Source: an uncultured delta proteobacterium (GTDB lineage: Bacteria > Desulfobacterota > WTBG01 > CAIYCZ01). From it: a stretch of 64,000 bases of DNA. The stretch covers positions 64,001 through 128,000 of the forward strand of contig CAWDOY010000025.1 of the NCBI GenBank assembly GCA_963803975.1, given 5' to 3'. Position 1 is the stretch's first letter; each line of letters starts with the position of its first letter. This document shows, in pieces, positions 63,734 through 64,000 of the stretch. A program made the translations under genes and the position numbers. The notes under the pieces were generated by a model that was not told the origin of the DNA, did not search any database, and worked only from the letters and a program-made list of their open reading frames with translations.

Positions 63734-64000
63734 CTACACCTCGTGTTTTTCCTTAAAGCCGGGGGATAAATAAAAGTCTCCGTTGCGGACAGTTTTGATG
63801 GCGGAAAATATTTCCGAGTCCATCTCTCCCTTCAGCAAATACCCTTCAGCCCCGCCGGCAATGGCGTATTCGAGATATTCTTTATTGTCGTAGATGCTCA
63901 GAAACAATACTTTAACTGACGGGTACACCAGCTTAATCTGCCGGGCGGTTTCAATCCCGCCGAGGTACGGCATGGATATATCAAGGATAACCAGATGCGG
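63734..64000 (-). CDS. NarL-type response regulator receiver, 3' part (partial at window edge; no HTH after receiver)
   Basis: LVILDISMP.LGGIE..R.IK...P.VKVL.LS.....EY+..A+..GA.GYLLK....AI..V..G..Y+SP then stop. Confidence 0.85.
   Translation of the reverse strand, partial: PHLVILDISMPYLGGIETARQIKLVYPSVKVLFLSIYDNKEYLEYAIAGGAEGYLLKGEMDSEIFSAIKTVRNGDFYLSPGFKEKHEV

Overview
64 kb of a bacterial chromosome with a Desulfobacterota / 'deltaproteobacterial' gene repertoire. The lineage is inferred from gene families and repeat types, not from a marker gene. Many genes, including essential ones (rnc, rpsA, aroA, tyrA, hisC, pheA), are split by single-base indels. These look like consensus errors, so the genes are reported as joined CDSs. 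1-35 kb is mostly housekeeping: azoR end, pentaheme cytochrome c, rnc, pilT/pilU, yhaM-like, a PAS hybrid kinase, pheA-hisC-tyrA-aroA-cmk-rpsA-sppA, truA and hisG. It also has a small AT-richer patch at 13.8-16.4 kb with a Cys-rich lipoprotein and an orphan PqqD/RRE gene. About 37-64 kb is an almost entirely minus-strand stress-response island. It holds an RpoD/RpoS-like sigma factor and kaiC-kaiB-kaiB, followed directly by a PAS/sigma-54 enhancer-binding protein, and then two arrays of general-stress-type genes (csbD, BON/OsmY, USP, DUF883-like, DUF3618, DUF3309, lmo0937-like, DUF4398/OmpA, YSC84, AI-2E). Each array is headed by one copy of a duplicated ~680 bp cassette carrying a consensus sigma-54 -24/-12 promoter and a pair of palindromic upstream sites. 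The best candidate for an undescribed system is therefore a KaiBC-gated sigma-54 stress regulon. Other notable items are IS110 5'-end remnants flanking a cell-wall hydrolase, mosaic 7/8-mer intergenic arrays, two copies of a ~150 bp MITE-like element and an in-frame TGA in a Cys-rich protein. No rRNA, tRNA or CRISPR array was recognised.
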